Shown here: positions 13,370-24,951 of the stretch, piece by piece | Layout of the letters: each line of letters opens with the position of its first letter | Numbering within the stretch: position 1 is the stretch's first letter | Source of the DNA: Chiloscyllium plagiosum | Taxonomy: Eukaryota | Reading direction: 5' to 3' | NCBI RefSeq assembly: GCF_004010195.1 | Contig: NC_057710.1 | Coordinates: forward strand, 111,112,024 to 111,176,023 | Length of the DNA: 64,000 nt | Made by a program: the position numbers and the translations under genes | The notes under the pieces: generated by a model | The model's input: only the letters and a program-made list of their open reading frames with translations | Told to the model about the DNA's origin: nothing | Databases searched by the model: none

Positions 13370-13409
13370 TCACTGAAGATGTTACCTAGTATGGTGATGA
13401 AACGTCTGA
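13370..13409 (+). ncRNA. Minimal type-I hammerhead ribozyme motif (PLE-type), core intact
   Basis: tca-CTGAAGA-t-GTTACC-tagtat-GGTGAT-GAAA-CG-TC-tga: conserved core, 6-bp stem II with G-U pairs, ACGT palindrome in place of stem III, 3-bp stem I. Confidence 0.75.
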
Positions 13410-14308
13410 AAATGAACCTTCCAGCTCAGCCAGCAAACCTATATCCGGCACCTCAACCTGAGCTACAAATCTTCTCAAAACTCATTTTAATCAGTTTATT
13501 CATGGATTAGCAGTCTTTGATATAATTTATGTTCAGAAGTATGTTGTTTTCATAGGAGATTAAGTGCTTGACATTTTAAAGCTTTCACAAATTCATTGAC
13601 TATAAAGACTGAATAGTGAGAGTTGTATTAGAATTTTAGAACTTTATTTAATCTACAAGTGGCTTTTGGGAGTTACCCAGGGTGGACACTGAATGAGTGG
13701 GTGAGGGCAGGCATGTGTTGGCATGGAAAGAACAAAATGCCGCAGGAGAGATGGGTCAATAATAAGATGGTGTGAGCAGTGAGGGCTAAACAGTCTTGGA
13801 TAACTAAGGCAGGCTTTCTAAACAGCACACCTCAGCATTCATCTGGCCTGCATTCTGCTTCTGGGGTTTATGGGTCCAACTCCAACCTTCACACCCACCA
13901 CCCCAGCCAAACCGCCAACTCCCACCTTGCCTTAAAATGATGACAGACAGGTGCCTTTTCTCTGAGGTAGGTAAACAAATTTGAAACCTTTCTGCCTCAA
14001 GTTATTTTATAGTAAATAATCTGGATCTGAGGAAACTATTAGTCAATTCCAACGTTACCTAGAAGCTTCAACCTGACTTGAGAGATCCCCATTTTAATTA
14101 TGTTAGAACAAGGATGAGCTTTTATCATCCTTCAATGGCCTTGGATAACTCTCTGCTGTTGGAATGTCCTTTTACTTGACAAAACTGGATAACTTGCATC
14201 TGAACACGACTTCTCCAGCAGCAGCACGAACTATGAGGAGAAAGAACTTCCGTGTCTCATACAAAAGCAATACCACACTATGTTGCAAGAGATTACTTTG
14301 TTAGGTGA

Positions 14309-14597
14309 CCTTAAATTTTCTCAAGAATGTGATTTGAAAGAAGTTCCGGGATTTATATATTAATGAACCAAAATCTGCAAGCCATTCTAAAAGATGAAAG
14401 ACTTAACAGCAATATTGGTTTGTTCAATATTTCTTATCAGTTGCACGCATGACACTGTGAACTTTTGCTATAAATTCTGTGTCTTATGATCCTGATCCAC
14501 AGCTACCTGATGCAGGATCAGCACTCTGAAAGCCAGTGCTTCCAAATAAACCTATTGGACTATAATAACTTGGTGTTGTGTGATTTGTAACTTTGTT
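14309..14597 (+). mobile_element. Penelope-like element family B, 3'-end fragment with decayed hammerhead
   Basis: 14-bp duplication ACTTTGTTAGGTGA at 14295-14308 and 14590-14603. Decayed ribozyme CTGATGC-a-GGATC..CTCT-GAAA-GCCA at 14507-14535, followed by AATAAA and a GT-rich end. The family call rests on motif layout. Confidence 0.7.
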
Positions 14598-17500
14598 AGG
14601 TGAGATTTTGTTTCAAGCAGTTGATAAACTTACAAAATGTCTGGTTGTGTCAAGGGGTGCTTTAGGGGAAAGCATTCTCCTTTAGTGGTTAGAAATTGGA
14701 TTAACCTTTGTAAAATAAAAATACAAAGAAATGGTTACTTCAAGGAAGCATGAATTTGTACAAAAAAAGCGTTTTGCATCACATTAATTAAGAGACTGCT
14801 GCAGAATGATTCTGGAAGGGTTACACACAAAAGCATTGAACTGGTTGCCACAAGACAACCAACCTTGTAGTTAAGGCCTCCGGCAGATAATCAGTTGCTT
14901 ACTCACAAAAGCAAAGGGTCTAACACACTTATCAGGCACAGGCACCGCATGTCAATGTTTTTGGCCTTTATCCAATATGGCAGTAGTAATGAACATGCAT
15001 TGTCTGTCTGTGGTATCACAGGCTGAGGAGGCCAAAACACAGGACTACAGGAGTGGTTGCTTTACACAGGATTCACACTTACTGAGCTGAAAATAAACGG
15101 GTATACTGTATACAGCATCATGTAGCCTACATATAAAAAGTACCATTTAAGAATTAATGTACGTATTATAATGTGCACCAACATGTCACTGAAAATTCAC
15201 CCAGAAGGATATGAAAGTTAAACTGAAATAAGCTTCTGAAGTAGCCTTCAAAGACACTAAGTAAATGCTACTGAATAAGCCATAAGATATAAATTTCCGC
15301 ACATCTGTGAACTATATGTCCTGAGAAGTCATGATTTATTATCACTCAAAGGCATGATTATCCCCTTTGTCCTGCTGGGTTCAACTTGTTGAACTCTCTG
15401 CTGGCATAAGAGTGCCAGCATTTCATCAGCGGTTTCTTGTTCAGTGCTTCACACCTTCTTCAGTTCAGAGCCTCACTGTCTGCCACATCTGGCTGTGGTT
15501 TGGGCTTTCTCCCTGCAGACCTCTTCATTCAGAACTCTGACCATTGTACACCTCTTTGAAGTTCCATATGTTTCCCTGGGTATTTTCTCAAAGAGCAGCT
15601 GCAGTCGGTATTTAATTGTAAGGATGTGGCTGAAACTTCTATTTGGTTTAGTCTACTTCATCATTTTAACCTTCAACACTATTCCAAACCTGGGTGGGGC
15701 AGTGACCAGAGACTTCAGCACAATTAAATGTTAAGTATGTTGAATGCAATAGCCAGAATAAAAACATTTATTAAGAAAGGATAAAATACATTTACTGATG
15801 TGCAGATTAATAAACGCAAGTGGACATTAAACAATATAACCTCCTGCATATTCTGATTTTTTTGATAGCTGAAAATATAAGATGATTTGCCATCCAAAAA
15901 ATATCTGGTGATTCGAGAAACTACATGTTTCAGATGTTTATCTACTTTTCTTTATTTAAAATGACAACAATGTGACCAGTTAAGAAAACATTTGAGTCAA
16001 CTGTGGCAATAACTAAGCTCTCACTTTGTAAGTTTGCTGATCAGTGAATAATAGATTTTATTGCAGTCTCTGGAAATGTTAATCAGCTAAGGGAGAGTGT
16101 AAATTATTTTACTTAACTACATTAGTGGTTGTAGGGTATTTAAATCTAAACAACTAGTGGCTGCAGATCAGATGTGTGGGGGCAAGATGGGAGTTCGTTA
16201 AAATCCTATAAATCAGATTCCCAACCCAAGTCTGTCATCAACCTGTCAATTTCTGGTTTGAACTGAGGTGAGAAGTTGAGTTTAGTCCATCCATTCCAAA
16301 AAAGCAGGTTGGTACTTGAAATGAGATCTCATTGTCATTTAGTTTTGCAGCTTAACAGTTGTTGGTCAGCTGTCTACAGCTTTGAGGAATGTAGCATCTC
16401 CATCCAGGCGAATGCTTGATGGGTCCATAAAATGTGTGTCTTTATACCTCTCTCCTACAGTGGCTCTGCCTGAGGAACATCCCATGATGAGCATTTCAGT
16501 ACATTTATATATTACTTTTTAAGTATGAAATGCAGGAATTTCTTTGACACTTGACTCCACCACACAAAACTTGCAGCTGATTAGACACAGTGACTCAGTA
16601 CCTTTTGGCAGCCTCTTTATAAATAGCCAACTCAACATTTCTAGAGTGATTCAATTCTGTTTGTATTTGGCATACTTATTTTCCACACAGACACATACAC
16701 ACACACTTATTCCCCTACATTCTAAATGCAGATCAATGTTGAACAATAGAAGTGCAGGCATCCCTTAGTACCAGACCCTGCTCGGACTGGTGCAATTTGT
16801 GGCACATCTACTGATGTTGCATGGGAATTGGAAGAAAATACAAATTTCACTATTGAAAAATAACTTACTTTATCCTTTTACCATATTAATTTTAAACTGT
16901 CTTTCATTTAATGTGAGTTATGAACCACACACTCACGATTCAAGATTGATGTTTCACTGCTAAAACATAAGCTGCTAGACGTAATTTGCCACCTGCTCCT
17001 GCGGCGCTCTTGGATTTTCAACATGACACCACTCTGCTCATTATGCAGTAGCCAGCTGATCCTCAGCCATCTCCTCCACTTACTTTGACATCGCTGTCAC
17101 TGCCCAAGTAACTGGATCACTGCTTGGATGGAATGCCCGTGCATAATTGCTTGGCTTACTGACATTTGTATTATTTAAAACTGACACCATAAAGCCTCAG
17201 GTGTGAACAGAAGCACCAACATTTTAGGAGGATTCTGCGACTGGAAAGGCAGTTGTCTTGAACCAGACCAGATAACGCTTCCGGTTAAAATGGTGACACA
17301 AAGTGTAACCAGCAATAGATGACGGTGAAGTTTCCACCCGCATGAGACAAAGGGCGTGAAATGAAGGTGCATAAATCAGTTAGCAAGGAAAACAGTTTAA
17401 TTTTATCGAACCAGCTTTTGCCTTCACAGTTAATCAGAACATAATGGAAAAATAAATCAAATTTAATAAGATATAGTGTTATTCCATCTCAATGCACAGC

Positions 17501-17910
17501 ATTAAATAAAACACTAATTCTTTATAATCCGCAGAAGAGTGTATAAGTTACATTCAGAAAGCATGGGTAAGCCTATGCTCATTCGCTATAAGTAATTGGA
17601 TCAGGTAACCTATACATTGTTAATACTAATGAACATTAAGAACATTGAAATAAAAATACTTCAATCATCTGTAGCCAACACTTCTTAGGACAGGAGCATC
17701 AAATTGAAGATTAGCTGTGAGGTGAACATTAATATTGTGGCATCACCATGAAAGTAGAATCAGTCAAAATACAGTTCTTCCAACATTTGCCTTTGGGTCA
17801 ACTTCATGCTCTCTTTATGTAGGGCTAGGTGTGCACAAAAAATGTCACTACTGCTCTTGTCACTTGGATGACCCTATTATACAGTGAGTTTCTATTTGAT
17901 CATTTCCTTT

Positions 17911-18210
17911 TTAGATTAGAATCCCTACAGTGTGGAAACAGGCCCTTTGGCCCAACAAGTTCCACACCAACCCTCCAAAGAGTAACCCACCCAGACCCAT
18001 TCCCCTATTCCATATTTACCCCTGACTAATGTACCTAACACTATGGACAATTTAGCATGGCCAATTCACCTGACACGCTCATCTTTGGATAGTGGGAGGA
18101 AACCGGAGCACCCAGAGGAAACCCGCGCAGACACAGGGAGAATGTGTAAACTCTACACAGACAGTCGCCCGAGGCAGGAATTGTACCTGGGTCCCTGGTG
18201 CGGTGAGGCA
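17911..18210 (-). mobile_element. HE1-like SINE, 5' end missing
   Basis: Colinear with 11763-12051. Confidence 0.9.
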
Positions 18211-18469
18211 TTTTGTGCAAAGACTATGGATTTCGAAGCAATGATTAGGTGCAAAAGAAGCACCTATAACGTATTTGAAATTTCTCTTGCTTTCAGGCCT
18301 ATATCCACTGAAACAATTAGGATAAAATGGTCAATTGGCATGTGTTAGGAAATGAAGCAAAAAAAGCCTCTCTCCCAAAAAAACATAAATACTCAGTTTC
18401 TTTTTACTCTATTCACTGAAGATGAAAACAGCACGACATATAGTGTTTCACACAAATTTTCCTCAACTT

Positions 18470-18818
18470 GGTTCAGTGGTTTCCTCTTGTCAATAAGCCT
18501 GAAGGTCACGAGTTCAAGCTCTAGTCAAGAATTTGAGAGAATAGCCTAGAAAAGCACCCCATTATTAATACCAAGGAAATACTGCACCTCTGTAGTTTAA
18601 ATGACACATCAGACCAAGGTCTGTCTTGCCTGTTCAGATGGACAAAAACAAACAATCTCACTATTTGAAGAACAGGAGAGAAGTATTCGAAACATCTTGA
18701 CCAACATTTATCTCTCAGTCAATACCGGCAGGAGCAGATGATCTGATTATTTATCACCTTACTATGTGTAGCACCGTGGTTTGTTTGTCTCCATAACAAC
18801 AATTACCTCACCTGAATT
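18470..18818 (+). mobile_element. Deu-domain-type tRNA SINE, interrupted by a LINE; tail resumes at ~19642-19685
   Basis: tRNA-like head (GAGTTCAAGCTC) and core CACTATTTGAAGAACAG..TCTTGACCAACATTTATCTCTCA matching 54352-54411. The tail CATTAGCTGCAAAGCATTT..GAGGTTGTGAAAG follows the LINE. Confidence 0.65.
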
Positions 18819-18823
18819 GATTT

Positions 18824-19643
18824 TATTCATTTTTGTGTGATGTGGGCATCATTGGCTGGCCAGCATTTATTGCCCATCCCTCGTTGCCCTTGAGAAGGTG
18901 ATGGTGAGCTGCTTCTTGAACTGCTGCAGTCCATCTGCTGTGGGTTGACACGAAGGCAATTCCAGGATTTTGACCCAGCAACAGTGAAAGAACAAAATTT
19001 ATGTTTCCAAATCAGGATGGTGAGTGGCTTGGAGAGGAATTTGAAGATGGTGGTGTTCCCATATATCTACTGCCCTTGTCCTTCTAGATGGAAGTGGTCG
19101 TGGGTTTGGAAGGTGCTGCCTGAGGATTTTGGTGAATTTCTGCAGTGCATCTTGTAGATAGTAAGTGGGGGCGGGGGGGAGGTGGTAATGATTGGACTGT
19201 CTCTTATCGGGGATGGTCATAGCCTGACATTTATGTGATGCATGTGTTACTTGCCATTTGTCAGCCCAAACCTGGATATTGTCCTGACCTTGTTGTATTT
19301 GGACAGGAATCATGAACGCTGCTGAATATTGTGCAATCATTGGCAAACATCCTCACTTTTGACTTTAAGGTGGAGGGACGGTCATTGGTGAAGCAATTGA
19401 AGTTAGTTGGGCCGAGGACACTACCCTAAGCAATTCCAGCAGAGATGGCCTGGAGCTGAGAAGATGACGGACCTCCAACAACCACAACCACCTTCCTATG
19501 TGTCAGGAATGACTCTAACCATCAGAGAGTTTGTCCCCTGATACCCATTGATGCCAGTTTTGCTCAGGTTCCATGATGCCACACTCAGTTGAATGCAGCT
19601 TTAATGTCAAGGGCTGTCACTCTCACCTCACCTCTGGAATTCA
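18824..19643 (-). mobile_element. CR1/L2-group LINE (same family as 9262-10885), internally deleted, with 3' end
   Basis: Minus strand reads NSRGEVRVTALDIKAAFN and QQGQDNIQVWADKWQVTHASHKCQAMTI; the 3' end lies near 18824. Confidence 0.85.
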
Positions 19644-19689
19644 TTAGCTGCAAAGCATTTTCGGGTGTTCTGAGGTTGTGAAAGTGAGG

Positions 19690-20375
19690 ATGCCTGGTTA
19701 ACGAGCCTGGAGTTTTTGCTTTTGACAGAGGAGTGACAAAAAAGCACTGCTAAATTCAATTCTGGGAATGAGGTGGGTCAAGTGGATCAAATGTCAGGAA
19801 GGGAACAGTTAGGGTACAGTAATCATAGGGTTGTAATCATCAACAGGTTTTGGTTTACCATGGTGGGGGTGGGGGGGGGAAGAAGGGGGGTAGAGAAGTA
19901 GTTTAGATTGAAAACACTTCATTGGAAAAAGACCTGTTTGAGTAGCATGAGAAGTGGTCTGGTCCTAGTGAATTGGAAGAGATTGGCAGATCAAACTGTT
20001 AGGAGTTTAAGTTGGAGAAGGTAAATGGGATGGACATTAGCAGTTCAAGGAAGCAACTCACAACCACGTTCTCCTTCCATGGACAATAAATGTTTACCTA
20101 GCCAGGACACCAATATCTAAATAAAAGAGATTCAGGCATAGTGGAGGAGGAGTAAAAGTAGGACAACAAAGCTCCTTGAGTAGAGAAAAGGATGGGAAAT
20201 AAGATAAAGCAGAGAAATATAGAATGATCCAAGAAAAGTAACTGGAATTTAATAGACAAATATGAGTTAGAGATAACATAAGGCCGAATCAAGAACTATG
20301 CAGAGGCCATGAAAATTATTCGGGTGGTAAATAGTAAGGAGAATAGCCATCAACTGCAGAGGACTGGTTGAGTGT
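19690..20375 (+). mobile_element. Highly degraded CR1 relic (endonuclease end, linker and RT pieces)
   Basis: ILGNEVGQVDQMSGREQLGYSNH resembles the CR1 APE-endonuclease C-terminal SDH motif; KIIRVVNSKENSHQLQ resembles the CR1 post-FADD segment. Confidence 0.5.
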
Positions 20376-21207
20376 CTTTGGACCTAACTTGGATCCCTCA
20401 TATTTTTACATTGATCACCTTGGTTTATACTTTCAAACAAGAGGAAACATAATTTTTAAATAGAGAGCTTTAACCTGACAATTGATGACTATTTGGAAAT
20501 CACTTACTAGTAGGAAGTTCATAAAATGGGGAAAATTACCCATCCATGATATTAATGTTGCTATTGCAACACACCTGTCTATTATCACAGCCATAGCAAT
20601 AGGTATATTCCTATGTGCACACAGATTTTTCTTTGTTTCATAAACAATATTGCAATTCTTTATTGATTAGAGATTTCATCACTCCTGCGGTCTCTGTCCA
20701 TGTGCTGTCTGGCAAGTATGGTGCAGCTACCCATTATGTACTGGTTCAGAATTTCTAACCACTCATTTGAATCGAAATGAAATTCAGGGTAATATGGTGG
20801 GTGACCAATGCACAAAAACTGGCATCTTCCCACCTACATTGAATATAAATGTCATTCCCCAACTCTTCAGAGTATTCCACAGAAATTCATTCAAATGGCC
20901 GTGCAAAATGGACTAGTCATGATGCTATGACAAGTTGCAGTGTGAAATTAGTGTGAATAAGTTAAAGGTTCTTTACTGCCACATACTGGAGAAGCTGGGG
21001 TGATTCATCACACAACTTCAGTGCTGGGCGCAGATTGGACTGTTGAGGATACTGCAAGTAAACAGTATAGTTCACCAAGCTGAAGCCACGGATAGAAAAC
21101 CATAGTAAACTGTAGCTATTGGAAAAGGCAAGTCATTGTACTATTTGCACTGACACTGATAAAGCAATCTGGAAATTTAATTGATGTTTTTAAAACTAAG
21201 GGGACAC

Positions 21208-21555
21208 TAAGGGGATCAAGAGATATGGATGTGAGGGTATGGATGAGAAAGGGAAATTGAAGCTGAAGATCAGTCTAAGGCTTATGAAACAATGGGCTAA
21301 AAATGTGTTGCTGGAAAAGCGCAGCAAGTCAGGCAGCATCCAAGGAGCAGGAGAATCGACGTTTCGGGCATAAGCCCTTCTTGCCCGAAACGTCGATTCT
21401 CCTGCTCCTTGAAAGCTGCCTGACCTGCTGTGCTTTTCCAGCAACACATTTTCACCTCTGATCTCCAGCATCTGTAGTCCTCACTTTCTCCTTATGAAAC
21501 AATAGAGCAGATTCATGGTAATTTATTAACTACTCCTGCTACTATTTCATACATT
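21208..21555 (+). mobile_element. Old CR1 3' tail interrupted by a PLE insertion
   Basis: AAGGGGATCAAGAGATATGG..GATCAG..[insert]..AGAGCAG..CTACTCCTGCT.CTATTTC, similar to the tails at 45810-45940 and 50684-50812. Confidence 0.55.
21294..21490. mobile_element. Penelope-like element family C, palindromic end fragment
   Basis: 71-bp inverted arms at 21300-21370 and 21382-21452 (4 mismatches), each with the half-hammerhead GCCCGAAACGTCGA. Exact 13-bp TSD CTTATGAAACAAT at 21281-21293 and 21491-21503. Confidence 0.88.
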
Positions 21556-24445
21556 GCTTTTAAGTTTGATACCAATGAGGAAAACATTATTTCTCCTGTT
21601 TGATTCCTTGTCACTCGCTCCCCAGTGATTTAAAATTGTAACTAAGGTCATGTAGCAAAGAAGTTATTTTTCTTGCAGCAGGTTGTAGAATATTTTGTCA
21701 GAGGAAATGATTGAGGCCGAACCTATACATCCTTTCAGGACAAATTGGGTAAATATTTAAAACAGAAGCAGCTGTGAGGGGAGATCAGGATAATGAGATT
21801 AGCTTTGGATTACTCCAGGAAAGATAAAATATTCTATACATGTCCACGGTTCTATGGTCCTACTCCTTTCTGATGTAACTGAGTTAAATTATAAAGCTTC
21901 TGAGCATCAGACTGTGAGCTAGAGATATGCTCACTTTCCACGAGTCAGAGAAAAGGGTCAATCTTACCAAAAATATAGTGTACAGGTGTTACCTGCCTAC
22001 AAGCCAAACCACGGAAGAGCCTACAAATTGTTCACGGTTTCAATGTCCTTAACTGGCTAAGGCAGTAGACGTGACATATCACCTCACAGAGTCTGGTTTT
22101 GAGCATCTCCATGGCAGCAAAGTAACTTAATTCCACAAGGATGCTGTTTTTACTCTCGGAAACATAATATTTTAAGGTGTCTCCGCCTCCCTCCGCTTCT
22201 CCTCCTGACTTGAATTTCCTCTTGGCAGCTGGAGATGAAATTAAACATTCCATTTTTAAACATCTCAATAATATTCAGCGTTTTCTCCAGGCTCACTCTC
22301 TCGCATTGTCAGGACTTGTGTCACAAGTACTCGTGAACTCTCCATCTGTCTGTTCCCATCTGCCAGCTACATTCAGTGCATGGTGCTAAAGTCCTGACCC
22401 AGCTTCTCAAGAGTCATTTTCAAGATGTTATCAGCTGAGCTTACACTAATAGCTATAAACCAAGCTTCCCAAATTCACCATCAAAATGGGAGAACAGTAT
22501 GAGTGCTGCATTATTTCAAGGCAAAGCATGGGGAAAAAAATACTCATCTCTTCAGGTTGAAGTAACTCACCTTTTAATTACCTATCAGAGACAAAAAGAG
22601 CTCAGTGGCATGAACAATTTCTGATTTTGCGATATCATTGCTTTCTATGGACAGCCTAAGAAGATAAAAGACATTAGGGTCTTCACATATTTTTACAGCA
22701 AATGTGATTATTTCTGAAGAAAATCCCACAGTTTAACTAGAAATGTTTTATGTGAAGTGTTCTGCTTTGTAACTGTTAGTGTAAAAACCTGTGGTAGACT
22801 TGAATATCGGGTGACACATTGCATACTCGCCAAGCTGTTTGTATCAAGGAATTTTGGTGTGTAAGCCAAAAATTCTTGACACTATCACACCTTAAATAAA
22901 AGGCCATTGCCAAGTAAACTGACATTAATGAATGATCTGTAAACTGGCTGCTCTCTAGATTCTTACACATTCTCATGCGGAGGCTTAAAAAACTGTTCCA
23001 GGCTCTTCATATGGTCATACTCTGCAAGGATGTGCCTGGAATACTTTTACCTTGGTAACATTTTGTTTAAAAGAAAAAGTGCATCACCAATGATTGACTT
23101 CATATAAAACTAAGGTATTTTGATTTAGATTGCTGTTTTACTAAAATAAATTAAATGTTACACTGTTCGGTGTGAATGTATAATGCTCTCAGCTCACCAT
23201 GCCTTATGAATGTTCAGCACTTCAATGGCTTTTAATGGAATTGCAAATGCTTTTGAGTTTATATTGAATAAAATGATGTTTCACCATTCACTTGCTGAAT
23301 AAACTGAACTGTGTTCCAGTCCATTACTGACTGCATAATTAACTCAATATTTTTCAGAATAGGCCTTGATGTATGAAGTTTTAAAGCAAAGTGATCATTT
23401 GACATTATGAATTCTACCCAAACTGATCCAAATTTATTGTGAATTTCCTTATAAATAATGGGAGCTGATGAAATGCAAGGTGGCACGAGATGAGGTTTAA
23501 CTTCCTCAATCTACCGATAGATTGTATTCTTTTCCCAAGCAAATTCTCACCTGTTAGTCCCAGTGCTCCAAACACACTCACAAATAAATAAAGAACAAAA
23601 ATCATTGGCCCACAGACACACAGTCACTCAGGCCTGAACTGAAATGATCACATCTTTTCTCTAAGTATGAGAGGCAGATCAGATTTCATTCTAATTTAGC
23701 CAAGCTTTAATGTCACAGACTGATTGTCAATATACACTTCTTGCTTGGTCTGCATCTGATGGGGCAAATCTCTGAAAACAAATGTCTTCACTTACCAGTG
23801 ATGCTGATTGTCACAACTCAATTAAATGAAAATCGCCACCAGTAAAATATAATTGACCTGTAATAATTTCCTGGTTCTCTGAGGGATCCTCATGTATTCC
23901 TAATGGAGGAATAATTGCCTGACATTTGAGACCAGTTATTTCTACAAATTAAAGCATCCATGATAATCAAAGAATTTGGGTGAAGTTATCATCATTACAT
24001 TATATGCGCAAGGAGCTCAGAAAGCAAAAGTGAATACAAAGAAACTCCAAAGCAGATTGGAAATAACTGAAGGTTAAAGGTGTAATTTTATATATAAAAC
24101 AAGGCATTCCCACCTCAAGCTGTTGAGCCAAGAGGAGAGGTTCTTAAGAGCTACTTCATATTGCCTTTTCAGTTTTGAAAATATCTCCAGCTCATCTACA
24201 TGCCCACTAAGCGGAAGTATCCAGCACCACACAAGAGCTCACAGTCTCTACAGATATCAGGGTAAAGTGAGGTATCCAGGATAAGCATCATGCCAAACTG
24301 ACCAGTGTGATACATTCCACAAAATATTTTGGAAGCTCAGGATACAATTTCTTTTCATTTAAAGAAAATTCCATTTATTTCTTGCTCTCTGTATCGGCCT
24401 CCCTTTCTTTTACTAAAGATATTATTCATCAAAGTTTTTTTAAAA

Positions 24446-24951
24446 TTTTCTAATCAACCCATTCAGAATTGCTCTCACATTCCTCTGGAGCAGATGGGAC
24501 TTGAATGTGGGTCTCCTGGGTCAGAGATAGAGCTATTATCATTTATCCACAATGGTCCTGACCGAAGGTTTATTCCTCACTTTTCAATCAACCTGTTCAG
24601 AGTTTCTATCACACACCTCTGAAGCAGGTGGGACTTGAATCTGGGCTCCTGGTCCAGAGATAGCAATACCACTGTGCACTTGAGCCCCTGCTGAAGCTTT
24701 TTTCCCCTCCATTTCACTGAAAGTATTACCTTTTTGCAGAAACGGGAGCCAATAGTCCTCCAGTACTTACTTTTGTTTTCTTTATTTTAATTAACCTGTT
24801 CAGGGATGTTACTACACACCTCTGGAGCAGGTGAAAGTTGAACTCAGGCCTCAGAGGTAGTGGCACTATGGATTGGCATGGATGAGTTGGGCTGAAGGAT
24901 CTGTTTCCACGTTGCATGCCTCTATGACTATCACTGCATCACAAGTGCCCC
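24446..24951 (-). mobile_element. Three tandem copies of a short (~110 bp) tRNA-derived SINE; copy 3 carries a ~60-bp CR1 tail insert (24869-24930, +)
   Basis: Recurring AAC.TGTTCAG..CACAC.CCTCTG.AGCAG.TGGGACTTGAA; the reverse complement gives box B TTCAAGTCCC. Copies at ~24446-24559, ~24581-24688 and ~24785-24951. Confidence 0.75.

Larger units (their letters stand above)
13035..13483 (+). mobile_element. Penelope-like element family A, inverted end fragment with internal foreign insert
   Basis: Exact 12-bp TSD ATTTTAATCAGT at 13023-13034 and 13484-13495. The left arm (13035-13077 plus 13286-13300) is the inverse of 13384-13448. The right arm matches the 3' end of the RT/GIY-YIG element at 34740-34830. 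Confidence 0.85.

Noticed and set aside
23796-23857. Minus-strand AG..GTAAGT exon-like segment
   Set aside because: Stop codons in all three frames and a weak acceptor.
24446-24951. CRISPR-like repeat-spacer reading of the tandem units
   Set aside because: Units are ~110 bp, diverged and tRNA-derived, in a vertebrate context with no cas genes.
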